A DNA stretch of 16,418 bases from NCBI GenBank assembly GCA_042216675.1, contig JBDGTS010000044.1, positions 1-16,418 on the forward strand, in the 5' to 3' direction. The notes under the pieces are model-generated. The model had not been told where the DNA came from. It saw only the letters and a list, made by a program, of their open reading frames with translations, and did not search any database. Numbering within the stretch: the stretch's first letter is position 1; each line of letters begins with the position of its first letter. A program made the position numbers and the translations under genes. Positions 14,472 to 16,418 of the stretch are shown in pieces. The stretch is from Halobacteriaceae archaeon (GTDB lineage: Archaea; Halobacteriota; Halobacteria; Halobacteriales; Halobacteriaceae).

Positions 14472-15257
14472 TCAGACGTCCCGCCGGACGAACCACGCCT
14501 GACTGGCGAGAACGAGGACAGCCGTCATCCCGAGGAGGACGGCCGCGTCGGCGAGGTCGTAGGTGCCTTCGAGGAGGACGTCGTTCGGGTCGAAGTACCG
14601 CATCGGCGCGACCGCGCCCAGCACCGCGTAGTCCGTGCCGCTCAGGAGCGACTCGACGAGATAGCTGCCGAACGTGACCCCGAGCGCGACGCGTTGGGCG
14701 ATGCTCGCGCGGTCGAAGAGAACCGACGCGAGGAGCCCGATTGCCCCACAGGCAAACAGGTACGGAATCGACAGCAGATGGAGCGCGACGAGGTCGGCGA
14801 CGGACAGCGACTCCCCGATGAGGGTGGCGCTGGCGAGGACGGCGACGGGCGTGACGGCGTTCACCACCAGAATCGGGACGCCGAGCGCGACGAACCGTTC
14901 GGCGGCGAGTCGCGGCCGCGACACCGGCATCGACAGGATGGTGTCCATCCGCCCGCGGTCGACGTCGTCGGCGATGATGCTCGCGGCGCTGTACGCGAGG
15001 TACAGCCCAAGCAGGATGACCCAGCCGAACATGTACAGTTCGACCGCCAGAAACCCTTCGAGCGAGGCCATCGTCTGAATGTTGAAGGCCCGAATCATCG
15101 GTTCGGGAAACGCCTCACGGAGTTGCGCCATGTCCATCGCTTGGCTGTAGGACGGGTACGCCCACACGGCGAACGCGGCCAGCAGCGACATTCCGACGGC
15201 GAGATACACGCTGCCCCTGACCCGCTTGGCGGCGTCGTACCGCGTGAACTCAAACAT
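14472..15257 (-). CDS. ABC-2 type transporter permease
   Basis: From MFEFTRYDAAKR: about 6 TM and the IIADDVDRGRMDTILSMPVSRPRL motif typical of ABC-2 permeases. Overlaps the ATPase stop by 8 nt. Confidence 0.9.
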   Translation of the reverse strand: MFEFTRYDAAKRVRGSVYLAVGMSLLAAFAVWAYPSYSQAMDMAQLREAFPEPMIRAFNIQTMASLEGFLAVELYMFGWVILLGLYLAYSAASIIADDVDRGRMDTILSMPVSRPRLAAERFVALGVPILVVNAVTPVAVLASATLIGESLSVADLVALHLLSIPYLFACGAIGLLASVLFDRASIAQRVALGVTFGSYLVESLLSGTDYAVLGAVAPMRYFDPNDVLLEGTYDLADAAVLLGMTAVLVLASQAWFVRRDV

Positions 15258-16170
15258 CCTCGTCACCGCCGTAGAACTGCAGGAAGACGTCTTCGAGCGG
15301 CGCTTCCTCGATGGACACGTCGACCATCTCGTAGTCGGGAAGCCGGCCGAGGAGTTCGTTGATGTCGCCGGTGAAGGTGAACGTGCACTCGGTGAATCGG
15401 TCCGAGTCGGCGTCTCCATCGCCCGAAACGCTGGTTTCGAGGTCGTGAACGCCGTCGAGAGCGACGAACTCGGTGGGAATCGGTTCGGCGCTGTCGATGC
15501 GGACGACTTTGCCACTCCGGCTCAGGAGCGTCTCGACCGGATCGACGGTGACCAGCCGACCGTCGCGGATGATGCCGACGCGGTCACAGAGCCGCCTGAC
15601 CTCGCTCAAGATGTGTGAGGAGAGGAACACGGTCACCCCCCGGTCACGCTCCGCTCGGAGGAACTCGGCGAACTGATGTTTCACGAGAGGGTCGAGACCG
15701 CTCGTCGGTTCGTCGAGGATGACGAGGTCCGGGTCGTGCATGAAGGTCGTCACCAGCCCCAACTTCTGGACGTTTCCCGTGGAGTAGTCCCGAACGCGCC
15801 GGTCGAGCGGGGGGTCGAACAGGTCGAGCAGCGCCGCCCGTCGCTCGTCGCCTTTCACCGCGGCGTGGAGGTCGAGGATCTGCGCGCCCGTCGCCTGTTC
15901 GTCGAAGGCCTGACTGTCGGAGAGGTGTCCGATGCGGCGTTTGGCCTCCACGAGCGCCGTTCGGTTCCGGACGTCGGTCCCGAGCACCCGCGCCGTTCCC
16001 GCGGTCGGCTTGATGAGGCCGAGGAGCATCCGAATCGTCGTCGTCTTCCCCGCGCCGTTCGGCCCGAGGTAGCCGAATATCTCGCCGGTGTCGACTGTGA
16101 ACGAGACGGCGTCGTTGGCGAGGACGGCCCCGTAATCCTTGGTCAAGCCGTCGAGTTCGACTGCGCCCAT
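15250..16170 (-). CDS. ABC-2 type transporter ATP-binding protein
   Basis: From MGAVELDGLTKDYG: Walker A GPNGAGKT, signature YSTGN, Walker B VILDEPTSGLDP, LSSHIL and C-terminal PLEDVFLQFY. Confidence 0.93.
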   Translation of the reverse strand: MGAVELDGLTKDYGAVLANDAVSFTVDTGEIFGYLGPNGAGKTTTIRMLLGLIKPTAGTARVLGTDVRNRTALVEAKRRIGHLSDSQAFDEQATGAQILDLHAAVKGDERRAALLDLFDPPLDRRVRDYSTGNVQKLGLVTTFMHDPDLVILDEPTSGLDPLVKHQFAEFLRAERDRGVTVFLSSHILSEVRRLCDRVGIIRDGRLVTVDPVETLLSRSGKVVRIDSAEPIPTEFVALDGVHDLETSVSGDGDADSDRFTECTFTFTGDINELLGRLPDYEMVDVSIEEAPLEDVFLQFYGGDEDV

Positions 16171-16418
16171 ACCTCGTTGTTCGCAGGCCCCCCTTTCGGT
16201 GTACCGGCGTCGGGACCGATTCGGCGACGCGGCGTGACTGAGCGACGCCGGTCCCACAAAGCGTATGGCCGGCTCTCGTGATTGATGGGGAAACGTGACC
16301 AAAATACGACCCCGGGCGCTCCGGGTCGGCCACGAGCGTGAGCCGGAAACCATCGCCGCCGACCCCCGCTTCGAGTGGCGCCTCGACGCGGACAGCCGCG
16401 GCGCGGCACAGAGCGCGT

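Noticed and set aside
14138-14502. Short ORFs (75, 109, 96, 68 aa) with repeated peptides such as FNSARTH/VQLRPNPL
   Set aside because: They overlap the tRNA and merely translate the DNA repeat. Their composition is not haloarchaeal-like.

Overview
High-GC haloarchaeal (class Halobacteria) chromosomal segment, judged from the acidic proteins, short or leaderless 5' ends and TATA-like boxes about 25-35 nt upstream of start codons. It holds about 20 CDS. These are a GAPN-like aldehyde dehydrogenase, small membrane/secreted proteins around a membrane-anchored ArsR-type HTH regulator, two NAD(P)-binding oxidoreductases, an orphan enolase-superfamily protein with a coupled partner, a Cys-type sulfatase, azf (archaeal glucose-6-phosphate dehydrogenase), an MptD-type dihydroneopterin aldolase, DUF5790, a creatininase-family protein, DUF5789, a fused ABC exporter, DUF192 and an ABC-2 ATPase/permease pair. 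There is one tRNA-Val(TAC). The most unusual structure is non-coding. The last 24 nt of tRNA-Val plus 2 trailer nt are repeated twice more downstream at 112/115-nt spacing. The unique spacers share one architecture: hairpin, degenerate antisense copy of the tRNA end, hairpin. Their hairpins carry symmetric tandem GA/GA mismatches despite different stem sequences. The same GA/GA hairpin motif occurs in a tandem palindromic repeat at the very start of the window. Family assignments come from motif recognition and recall, not from database searches.
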